In this document: positions 26,098 to 34,917 of the stretch, one piece after another
Layout: each line of letters opens with the position of its first letter
Position numbering within the stretch: the stretch's first letter is position 1
Assembly (NCBI GenBank): GCA_001275005.1
Contig: JWZX01002572.1
Span: 1 to 40,994 of the forward strand
Source of the DNA: Chrysochromulina tobinii
Lineage: Eukaryota
DNA length: 40,994 nucleotides
Direction: 5' to 3'
The notes under the pieces: model-generated
Told to the model about the DNA's origin: nothing
The model's input: only the letters and a program-made list of their open reading frames with translations
Database searches by the model: none
Program-made: the position numbers and the translations under genes

Positions 26098-26201
26098 TGT
26101 CTTTTTTCCGTACGGCACGTGTCGTGTGAACGTTCACGACGGCCCGCGAACCACTCCGCGACCACGTCCACATCCTCGTACCCCCAGAATCCAGGTGGCG
26201 A

Positions 26202-28479
26202 ATGGCGTACCGCCCGAGTGGCGAAGTATCCAAGAAGCCCTCGTACCGTGGCACCAACGGCATGCCTCGGCAGGGCGACGACGAGCGCACGCTGCACGTG
26301 GGCGTGACCGAGGGCGACGTGGCGCAGCGGATCGTGACGTGCGGCACGGAAGAGCGCGCGCGAGCAGTGGCGGCGAGTTTCGACGGCGGCATCATCGAGC
26401 GTGAGATCTCATCGGCTCGCGGCTTCCTTACGCTCACGGGCAATTGCAACGGCGTGCCGGTCAGCGTGGTCGCCACGGGCATGGGCGTGGCCATGATGGA
26501 TTTCATGGTGCGCGAGGTGGTGGCAGTGCTGCCGGCAGTCTCCGTTTCGGATGATGACGAGCCCACCGCGGCGCGCGCGCTCATCGTGCGCTTCGGCACG
26601 TGCGGCTCAATACGCGAGGATGTTCCGGCGGGCACGGTCGTCGTGTGCTCGCCGGGCTCGACGATGGTGCGGCGCCAGCCGGACGCGTTCTGCATGCACG
26701 GACCGCAGGCGTGCGCCTACCACGTGTGCAACGTCGTCCCCTCGGATGGCGCCCTCTCGCGCGCCGTCGAGGGCGAGCTGAAGACGGCGCTCGGCGCGCA
26801 CTCAGTTGTGGCGGCACTCAACGTGTCCGGCTGCTCCTTCTACTCATCCCAGGGGCGCCAAGATGGGAGCTTTGAGGACGGCCATGAGCTGGGCGACCCG
26901 ATCGCTATGGTGCGTGCCGCCCACCCGGACGCGGCCTCGTGCGAGATGGAGACCTTCCACTTACTCGACGTCGCTCGGTGTGCGCGCCCGTATGGGCGTG
27001 CCGTGCGCGCCTCGGCGGCCGCGATTGTGGTGGCGCATCGGCCGTCGGGTGATGTGCTCTCGGGAGAGACGATCGAGCGGCTCGAGCGGCTTGGCGGAGC
27101 GGCCATCTTGCGCGCGCTCGCCGCCACGCCGCTCGAGATGCCGGCCGCCGCCGATGCTACCGCCGCGCCGACCGCGCCGGCGGTGCCGCGTCCCCTCGCG
27201 CCTCCAACGTCCAAGGCACACGTGGTCAAGCTCTCGTACGCCGACTTGCTCAGTGGTGCCGACGTGAACGCCCAGGTGTGAACGCCGCATGATGACCACT
27301 GGTTGCCACTGATTGCCTCGTGAGTACCACTGATTCGCGCCGCCACTGAGCGCCCAGGTGGCCGCCGCGTATGGATACGAGGGCCTCGGGCTGCTGCTGG
27401 TGACCGGGGTGCCTGGGCTGCTTGCAGCTCGTCAGGCGCTGCTGCCGCTCGGCGCATCAGTCGCGGGGCTGCCCGGTACGACGCTTGCGTCGCTCGAGAC
27501 GCCCGCGGCCTTCTATGCCGTCGGCTGGTCGCATGGAAAGGAAGCACTCGAGGGGAGGCCCGACCTCGCCAAGGGCTCGTACTATGCCAACCCGCTGCTC
27601 GATGCCCCGTTTGGTCGGCCCGCCGAGCCGAGCGCCCTCGCCCAGTTCCCCTCGTACGCCCACCCGAACGTTTGGCCGACGGCGGCACTGCCCGCGCTCG
27701 AGCCCGCCTTCAAGGCTCTCGGTCGGCTCGTCGTCAACGTGGGCAGCGTCGTCGCGACCGCGTGCGACAAGTATGTGGTCGCCGAGCTGGAGCGCAAGGG
27801 CAGCGCAACGGCCGGAGGCTACCCCATCAACCAACTGAGCCGAATCGTCTCTGACCCTCGCTGCTGCAAGGCCCGGCTGCTTCATTACTTCCCGCTGAGC
27901 CCAGATCATGGAGATCTTGGAGATCATGGAGATCATGGAAAGCAGGCCGAGGCCGACGAGAAAGCGAGCGCGCCCGAGGGCGGCGCCGAATTTTCGGACT
28001 GGTGTGGCTGGCACAATGACCACGGCTCGCTCACGGGGCTTGTGTCGGCCATGTACCTAGACTCGCGTACTGGCCAACCCCTTGCCGCGTCGCCCGATCC
28101 GACGGCCGGGCTGTACATTCGTGACCGACACGGCGCGCTCCACCACGCCGCGTTCCGAGCGGACGAGCTCGCATTCCAAATCGGGGAGGCGGCGCAGATC
28201 CACTCCGGCGGCGTGCTGCAGGCGACACCGCACGCTGTGCGGGGGTGCGCGCCGACGACGGAGCTCGGCCGGTGTGCGTCACGTGAGTCGTTTGCCGTCT
28301 TCATGCAGCCGTGGGCGCAGGATTGCATGGGCGTGCCCGCCGGGGTCGACCCTGCAGTCGCGCAGGCGCAGGCTGCGATCGAGGCTTTGCCCAAGCGCGT
28401 GCCGCCGCTCGCCTCGCGCTGGGAGAATGGCATCTCTTTTGGCGAGTTCACACTGCGCACGATCGAAAAGTATCACTGA
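26202..28479 (+). CDS. Fusion protein: uridine/purine nucleoside phosphorylase (PNP_UDP_1) + 2OG-Fe(II) dioxygenase; exons 26202-27275 and 27358-28479
   Basis: Exon 1: SARGFLTLTG..VSVVATGMG..MDFMVRE..IVRFGTCGS..SFYSSQGR..CEMETF. Phase-0 GT-AG intron 27276-27357 restores VVKLSYADLLSGADVNAQ|VAAAYGYEGLGLLLVTGVP, the N-terminal motif of the dioxygenase; HxD (WHNDHG), distal H (ATPHAV), RxS (RESFAVF). Confidence 0.85.
27276..27357 (+). other. 82-nt spliceosomal intron with internal CCACTG repeats and flanking direct repeat
   Basis: CAG|GTGTG...CCCAG|GTG; CGCCCAGGTG at both junctions; four CCACTG units inside. Confidence 0.85.
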
Positions 28480-28956
28480 GCGCATGGAGCGCCGTACTGA
28501 GCGCATCGAGCGCCGCGCTTGCAACAAGGACGGAGGGGGGGAACGAGCGGGTGGGAGAGCCCGAGCCGGAGGTATGGTCGGAGAGGTGCCGCTTGCACCG
28601 AGGGTAGAGGACAAGAAGGAAGCCCGCGAGAAGAGTAGAGTCCCTCCTTTGTGGAGGAACAACTCAGAGGGGTCTCTTGCATGGCGGCACATGGGTCTAG
28701 TGTGACACCAAGTACCGGTACAGCCTCGGTCACACATTCCTTTGCAAAGGTCAGACTATTCACAGCTCCAAATTCACACATTCGCGACCCCGAATCCTCT
28801 CCCACACTGCCCGTCGCGGAATCTGGCGAGAGCGAATCTGTGTGAGTGTCTCGGAAACGTTTGCTCAGCACGATGCGGCACGTCAGTGTGAGAGTTTCCC
28901 GCGAACACAATTTGACGAAATTGAACGAAAATCTGCTTCTTTTTGCGGGCGCGGAG

Positions 28957-29751
28957 ATGGAGGTCCTGGCTTCGCTGGCGACCACATACACGCGGGCGAC
29001 GTACATCGCCGGGTGGACATGCGCAGAATTCGTCCTTTGTATTGTGCTATGGGCGGTGTGTGCAAACACATCGACGTTCAAGTCCAAACCGCTCGTGGCG
29101 GCGTTCATGCTTGCTCATCAATTCCCGATTGTTGGACTGTGCTACTACGCTTTGATTGGACGGCTCGACTGGATCATGGAGCAGCCAGCCACGCTAAAAG
29201 AGCGCATGTATGGCTTCGATCCCGCGGCTGAGCAGATATGCATGATTCAGGTTGCGCTCCAGATCTTTGTGACCACCATCGCGTTCGCCACGCGAGACGG
29301 GGGGCTCTTGAAGCCCGAACTCCTGGCGCACCATTCCGTCACTGCGACGCTCATGTGCATCTGCCTGCACCCATTCGGTCACTCCCGTGTGGGCATCTTC
29401 TTCGGCCTCACAGAGCTCTCGACCATCCCGCTCAACGTCATGGACGTCTTCAAGAACTTTCCGGACCTCGTCAAGAGCTTTCCATTCCTCGACGTCGTCT
29501 GCAAGATCTCCTTCGCCTTCTCGTTTCTGGTCCTTCGCGTGGGCCTGGTGACCAAGGTGAGCTACGACTTCCAGGCAGATCTCTACGAGCTCTACGCGAC
29601 CGGCACCGCCCACTCCGTCCCTGCCGTCTTCTTCATGTCCCTTTCCAATATCTTTGTCGTTGGGTTGCAGTTGTACTGGTCCACTCTGATCATCAAGGGA
29701 CTCTACGGGCTCGCGTTCGGCAAAGCGCCCAAGAAGGCCAAGGCCACCTGA
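28957..29751 (+). CDS. TLC (TRAM/LAG1/CLN8) domain membrane protein
   Basis: Multiple TM helices; LLAHH, TELSTIPLN, FAFSFLVLRV, LQLYW motifs; C-terminal KAKAT dilysine-type ER signal. An alternative in-frame ATG lies at 28873. Confidence 0.88.
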   Translation: MEVLASLATTYTRATYIAGWTCAEFVLCIVLWAVCANTSTFKSKPLVAAFMLAHQFPIVGLCYYALIGRLDWIMEQPATLKERMYGFDPAAEQICMIQVALQIFVTTIAFATRDGGLLKPELLAHHSVTATLMCICLHPFGHSRVGIFFGLTELSTIPLNVMDVFKNFPDLVKSFPFLDVVCKISFAFSFLVLRVGLVTKVSYDFQADLYELYATGTAHSVPAVFFMSLSNIFVVGLQLYWSTLIIKGLYGLAFGKAPKKAKAT

Positions 29752-30227
29752 TGAAAGGCTATCCATGTATCCCGTATTTGTGCATGTACCGAACACGTGG
29801 TCGGATGAAAGAGCGATCTCGTGACGCCGCCGTGTGATACAGGCATACACGCACCGCGGTCGATTTTACGTACACACCGAGACGTCGACCCGACCCGACC
29901 GAGAACCTACCGTGTCGGGACGTCGACAGACAGATGAAAATCACAACAACAACACATTTACTGTTTTCGTCATTTTTCTACTTGGCTTAAAATCCACGAC
30001 CACATCACCGCCAGGCACGAGGCAGACGCCAGACCGATTCGGGATTTTCGCATTCATTATATTGTCGTAATGCCGCGCACCCGCCGCACGCCCGCCGCGC
30101 TCTTACGTATTGGAAACCCGTTACGGATATTTGCTCCAAGGCCGCCATCCGTAAAGCGAAGTTGAGCATGAGTCCGGGGTCGCTGCGCGCGCCCCAGACG
30201 CCGTGACCCCAGGGCCGCGCCGAGCGC

Positions 30228-30312
30228 TCAGAGCGTGACGGTGGTGCCAAGCGCCTGATGGCGTTCGCAATCAGAGCGTGACGGTGGTGCCAAAGCGCCT
30301 GATGGCGTTCGC
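30228..30312. repeat. Tandem duplication (~41 bp) of the ORC4 3' coding end
   Basis: 30228-30268 repeats 30271-30312 (TCAGAGCGTGACGGTGGTGCCAA[A]GCGCCTGATGGCGTTCGC) with a 1-nt deletion. Confidence 0.9.
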
Positions 30313-32311
30313 GAGGCCCTGGGAGCCCTTGACGTACTCGTAGATGACCTCCGCGTCGATGGCGAGTTGGAGTGGCAGCTGGTCGTTGGCGACGCCGCGA
30401 GGCCTGGGCTCGGCGTGGGCGATGAGGCCGAGCGCGATCAGATGCTCGAAGGCCTTCGTAAGCAGGTCACGCGGGTAGTCAAACTGACGAGTCCCGTCGG
30501 CGTCGGCCATTAGGAAGCCCGCGTACTCGCGAAGCACGAGACGGAAGGTATGCGGCGGCGGCAACTCCTTGTCGAGCAGCTTCTTGAGGCACAGGAGGAG
30601 GAGGAGCTCCACGTACGAGCACTCGACGAGGATGGTCTCCGGCCGCGGCAGCACAAGGGTCCGAAGCGCCGTCTCGAGCTTCTCAACGGTCACGAGCGGC
30701 TGCTGCTCGGAGAGCTCTAGAAGCGCCAGCCGCACCGCCGTCTGCAGCTGCCCGGCTGTGACGCCCATACTGAGCCGGCGCTTGAGCTGCGGGGCTTCGG
30801 TCGCGAGCGAGGCGCATACGGCGGCGCTGTTGGCGCTCCAGGCGGTGTGGAAGGGCTTCGCCTTGGCCGCAAACGCGCTCGAGTACGTGAGAAGCGAGGG
30901 GAGGCTGAGTGCCGCGCCGAGCACGCGCGAGCAGTCGTCGGCACCCGTGAGCGCTGGCAGGAGGAGCTGCCGTTGCGAGCAGCGCGAGCGCACGCGTTTC
31001 TCGAGTAGATCGGCCACGTCGATACGCGTGGTCAGGCCCACCACGGCCATCTGAGCGTCTTCTGTCTGCATCAGGTCGAAGAGGGAGTAGAGCTGCAGGC
31101 GTGGGGAGGAGGGGGAAGAGAGGGGGGGTGAGAGGAGAGGGAGGATGGGAAACAGAGCAGAGAGAGGAATGGGGGGAGAGGAGAGCGGGGGGAGAGCGGG
31201 GAGGAGAGGGAAGAGAAGGAGGAAGGGGGGTAGGAAAGCGAAGGAAAGGGCGGAGATCTGTTGGCGCCTCGAAGCCTACCAGCGTCTGCTTGGGGCGGAA
31301 GGTGAACTGTTCGAAATCATGGAGCACGAAGAGGACGGGACGTCCCTGAGCCTCGACGGCGCCCTCGCCCTCGCAGCCGGGGCGCGCACGACGGAGCAGA
31401 TGGAGCAGGTAGCGCAGTCCATCGCAGAACGAGCCACGCATCGTCATGCCGCCATGCGCCACGCGTAGCTGCGACGCGATCGCCATCAGCGCGGTTGGCT
31501 CGTCGGGTACCAGCAGCGCATGCAAATCGACACGATGGAACGCGAGCTCCTCCTCCTCCTCCTCGTGCTCAGGACCCCGGTCGGGCGTGGGCATTTGACG
31601 GAGCACGGCCGAGAGCAGCCGGTGCTTTCCACAGCCGCGCGGCCCAACAAGCAGCGTGGACACGTTCTCGATCCCGTCCACCGTGCGCTTGAGTAGGGCA
31701 TGCAGCTCGCGAAAAGCGGGTGCATGCGCTCCCTCCCGATGCACCGCGTCGAGCAGAGTCGAGCGCGTCGCCGGCGCGTTGAGCGTCTCGAGTACCGTGG
31801 CGCGTGCCCACGTGACGAGGCGCTTTGGGAAGCCACCCGCCGCGAGAGCCTCCTTGTGTGCGCGTGACGCCGCCGCTTTCGCCTCCTTGACCGCCGACGC
31901 CGATGGCGGCAGATCAGCGCGAGGCGGCCCACGGCCGCCGCCCCCGCCCTTGCCTCCGCCCATGGGCGGCGCATCCCAGTCTTCGGGCTCTCGCTGCCCT
32001 CGCTGCCCTCCTCTCATCGGCGGACCATCCTCACGCGGCGGCGGCGGGCCGCAGATGCGCGGTCGCTCGTTTGCAAATGGAGGACCCAGCTCGAAGCGGC
32101 TGCCGCCAAAGCCGCCTGCTGGCCCACCACCGCGAACAGGCGCAGGCCCACCACGGCTGCCGCCGCCGCTGTACCCTGCAGGCTCGATCTCCCCTGGCTC
32201 GAGCTCGCCCGGCTCGAGCTCCGGGCCGCGCCGCTTGCGGTTCGGGGGCGCCTGCGCGGGCGGGCCGTCCCAGCTTCCCGGGCGCTTGCCGCCATTGTTG
32301 CTGCTGCTCAT
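30271..32311 (-). CDS. ORC4: Origin recognition complex subunit 4; exons 32311-31280 and 31092-30271
   Basis: Walker A LLVGPRGCGK; Walker B-like VLFVLHDFEQF; splicing the GT-AG intron 31093-31279 gives KQTL|LYSLFDLMQ..VVGLTTRIDVADLLEKRVRSR, the ORC4 signature; C-terminal winged helix (KAFEHLIALGLI). Confidence 0.92.
31093..31279 (-). other. 187-nt pyrimidine-rich intron of ORC4
   Basis: GTAGG donor, long C/T tract on the minus strand, TGCAG acceptor; phase-0 splice restores the conserved motif. Confidence 0.9.
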
Positions 32312-32368
32312 GGCCTGAGTCTCTCGCAGAGGAAGTCTAAGACGGTGTCTTGAGTGCTGCTGCTGTGA

Positions 32369-32441
32369 AACACAAACGCGCACACGCTCCGGGCCCCCAA
32401 GCACGAAGGCCTCTATCGCTATGGACGGAGGTGTGACCGAC
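32369..32441 (-). repeat. Dispersed structured motif, copy B
   Basis: ~88% identical to 4224-4295; inner hairpin GGCCUUC-GUGCUU-GGGGGCC and the same outer stem. Confidence 0.9.
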
Positions 32442-32511
32442 GGGCCCCGTCTACGACAACACATCGTAACAGAACTACACAATCGGTGGTAGATATGGTG
32501 AGGCAACCACC

Positions 32512-34584
32512 TCACCACCAAAGTGTTCCGAGAGGCTCTCGGGCAGATGCGCGCGCGCCCTCCGGTTGGCCTGGCCAGTCAGGCTCCTCTCCTCGTGAAG
32601 GGCGTCGGTAAGCTGGGCCACTCTCCCCGGGCATCCGTTGGCGAGGTACGGCGTCTGCAGCAGCCAGTGCTACCGCGGCCGCCAGCACAGGGGTTACTGT
32701 AGCGGCCCCTCGAGCGCGACTCGCCTTGCGCCTGTCCTCCTTCGCACGACGCCGGGCGTGCTTGGCCTCCTGGGCCTGAATGCGGTCCCTAGCGCTACCC
32801 GGGAGCCGTAGGAGCTGCCCAGTGCCGAGCTGGTGCGCCTTCTGAACTATCGCCTTTCGGCGCGCTTCCTCAGCAACGCGGGCGCGCTCGGCCTCAGCCA
32901 AGCGGCACTGGTGCTTGTGCTGGGCCTGGATGGAGGCGGCTTTACGCAAGGCCTCCTTGGCGTGCCTACGTGGTGTTCCCGGCTGGGCCTGTGTGGACGT
33001 TGGCCTGGCTGTTGCATGTTGCAGGGCAGTTGCCACCTCGAGTTGGAGATCCACCGAGGTGTCTGTGATCGATGGGGGCAGCAGTGGCGATGATGGCGTT
33101 GGTGACTGGGAAAAGAGCCTGCGTGAAACATCAGTCACATCTGCAAGCTGCGTGTGCCGGGGATGGACCACAGTACGCGGCGGAGTCGAGATTGGTCTTG
33201 CCGTCAAAGGCGATTTGGCTGGCAGCGTATCGGGTGCCTTGATCGAGCGCAACGGAGGAATGGCAATGAGCTGCTGCTCCTCTGGCTCTGCCGCCTCGGT
33301 CTGCAGATTTGATGCGGTATCCGCGGTCGAGGAGGTCGGCATCATGTGTGCTCTCCAGTCCCAGTGGCAGATGCACTCTGGGGTAACGCAGAAGCGCCAC
33401 GTCGTGCGCCCATCGGCTCCAAGCCACTTGCGGGGCAGCAGCCCCAGCAGGCTGGCCCTGCGAGTCATGTAGCGGGCATGAGTGGAGTCAATGCTGGGGT
33501 GAACAGCAGTGCTTGGTGCCGTGGCGGCGACCGGTGCTGGTGGTGGCTCGGGCGGCGGCTTCGGAGGAGTGGGATCAATCGCGTGCCTCGGCGATTTCGA
33601 CGGGTGGTCGTCGCCACTGTCGTCGGACTCGGAGTCCTCATCGTGGCTGTATGAGTAGTCGTCATCGTAGCCACCAACCATCGTCAGGTTGCAGGCACGC
33701 ACCAAGACGCTGCGGTCTTCGGGGTAAAGCTTCACAGGGTAGCGCCCGTCCGCTCTCTTGGCCCCCGTGATGATTCCGTACACGCCATTGAGCTCCGGTC
33801 GAGCGCAGAGACCATGCAGCCGGACAATCTCGACATCGGGTTCGGCGTCGAACGCCGAGGGCTCCTCCACCCAACCCTCTGACTCGGTCTCAGACTCGTG
33901 CGCAGACGCACCCCCGGCTCCGTCCACGGGCGTGCACGGGAGCGCTTTCTGGCGCGAGACCATGAAATGCGACAGCTCCTTCTCCTTGGCCCGCTCGGCG
34001 CGCTCGTGCTCGAGCTTAACGGTCCACTCGTCGATCGTCCGCTTGAGCAGCGCGGCGGCGGCCTCCCTCTCTTTGACCCGCTCGGTTTTCTCGTGCTTGA
34101 GCTCCTCCTTGGCGTGCAGCAGCTGGTCGTGCATCTTGAAGAGCTCGTCCTCAGCCTCCTGCGCGTGCGTCTTCTCTGCCTCTAGCTTCCTCTTCTCCTC
34201 GGCCAGCTGCGCGACCTTGAGATTGAGGTCCTCCTCAGGCTTCATCGCGCGCGCCTCGGACGCGCGTAGCGGGGCCTCGTCGACGTAGCCTACCTTCTTC
34301 TCGCGCACGAGCTGCTCCGCGTGCTCCTTGGCGCTGTCGAGCCATTCAGACATGCCGAGCTCGAAAGGCAGCAGATACGGTGTTGGTAGTAGCGGCCGAG
34401 CCGACAATGGAAGCGGGCCTGGTGGGCAACGGGCTGCTCCGTGGAACACGAACTGTGGAGGTGGCGCTGGCGGTCGTGGCGCTGGCGAAGGCTGTAGCAG
34501 CGGTGGCGTCGAAGACGGCTGGACCGGCAGTCGAGGTAAACCGAACGCGAACGGAGGTGTCGGTCGGGGTGGTGGTGACTCCAT
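32512..34584 (-). CDS. Hypothetical 690-aa protein: Pro-rich N-terminus, coiled coil, KOW/SH3-like module, basic C-terminus
   Basis: Intact ATG-TGA ORF; E/K heptads ~33970-34350; VRLHGLCARPELNGVYGII..GRYPVKL..VLVRACNL small beta-barrel-like motif ~33680-33830. Confidence 0.7.
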   Translation of the reverse strand: MESPPPRPTPPFAFGLPRLPVQPSSTPPLLQPSPAPRPPAPPPQFVFHGAARCPPGPLPLSARPLLPTPYLLPFELGMSEWLDSAKEHAEQLVREKKVGYVDEAPLRASEARAMKPEEDLNLKVAQLAEEKRKLEAEKTHAQEAEDELFKMHDQLLHAKEELKHEKTERVKEREAAAALLKRTIDEWTVKLEHERAERAKEKELSHFMVSRQKALPCTPVDGAGGASAHESETESEGWVEEPSAFDAEPDVEIVRLHGLCARPELNGVYGIITGAKRADGRYPVKLYPEDRSVLVRACNLTMVGGYDDDYSYSHDEDSESDDSGDDHPSKSPRHAIDPTPPKPPPEPPPAPVAATAPSTAVHPSIDSTHARYMTRRASLLGLLPRKWLGADGRTTWRFCVTPECICHWDWRAHMMPTSSTADTASNLQTEAAEPEEQQLIAIPPLRSIKAPDTLPAKSPLTARPISTPPRTVVHPRHTQLADVTDVSRRLFSQSPTPSSPLLPPSITDTSVDLQLEVATALQHATARPTSTQAQPGTPRRHAKEALRKAASIQAQHKHQCRLAEAERARVAEEARRKAIVQKAHQLGTGQLLRLPGSARDRIQAQEAKHARRRAKEDRRKASRARGAATVTPVLAAAVALAAADAVPRQRMPGESGPAYRRPSRGEEPDWPGQPEGARASAREPLGTLWW

Positions 34585-34917
34585 CAGGAGCTCCTCTGTG
34601 TGCTCTTCTGGCCATTGGATGTTGTTAGCGTTGGGCGGTACGTGCTGCAGAAGGGGTTAAAAGACGCCCCGGTCGGGGCCAACACGAGGGACCGCGAATT
34701 TTGTGACGCTTAACATAACACCGCCGTGACCTTTATGAGCTTTGCGTCTTACATTGTATGATCGCGCGCCTTCGTGGTAACGGTCACAGTGCCAAAAACA
34801 GCCCGCCCTTCTGCGAGCCTCCGTCCAGAGCAGAGACGAGCGCACACCCGTGCGCTGTCCTCCCTGCGTACGTGCCACGTGAGTGGGTTGCAGCTCACGA
34901 AGCGCCGCAGCAGCAGC

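Larger units (their letters stand above)
32354..34648 (-). mobile_element. Candidate non-autonomous retroelement or retroposed unit (~2.3 kb) inserted in the ORC4 upstream region
   Basis: Single ORF plus ~150-nt 3' UTR with the shared structured motif and (GCA)n tail; GTGCTGC at 32354-32360 and 34642-34648 as possible 7-bp TSD; no RT or endonuclease motif seen. Confidence 0.5.

Noticed and set aside
27904..27939. 9-bp tandem repeat GATCATGGA x4 as CRISPR-like or regulatory array
   Set aside because: No spacers; in-frame coding microsatellite (DHG/DLG) in a variable loop of the dioxygenase.
31100..31250. Purine-rich tract as G-quadruplex/triplex element or retroviral PPT
   Set aside because: It is the pyrimidine-rich body of the ORC4 intron read on the opposite strand.
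30683..32521. 612-aa unspliced ORF and separate 266-aa ORF as two genes
   Set aside because: Explained as ORC4 exons; the Pro/Ser-rich read-through is intron 31093-31279.
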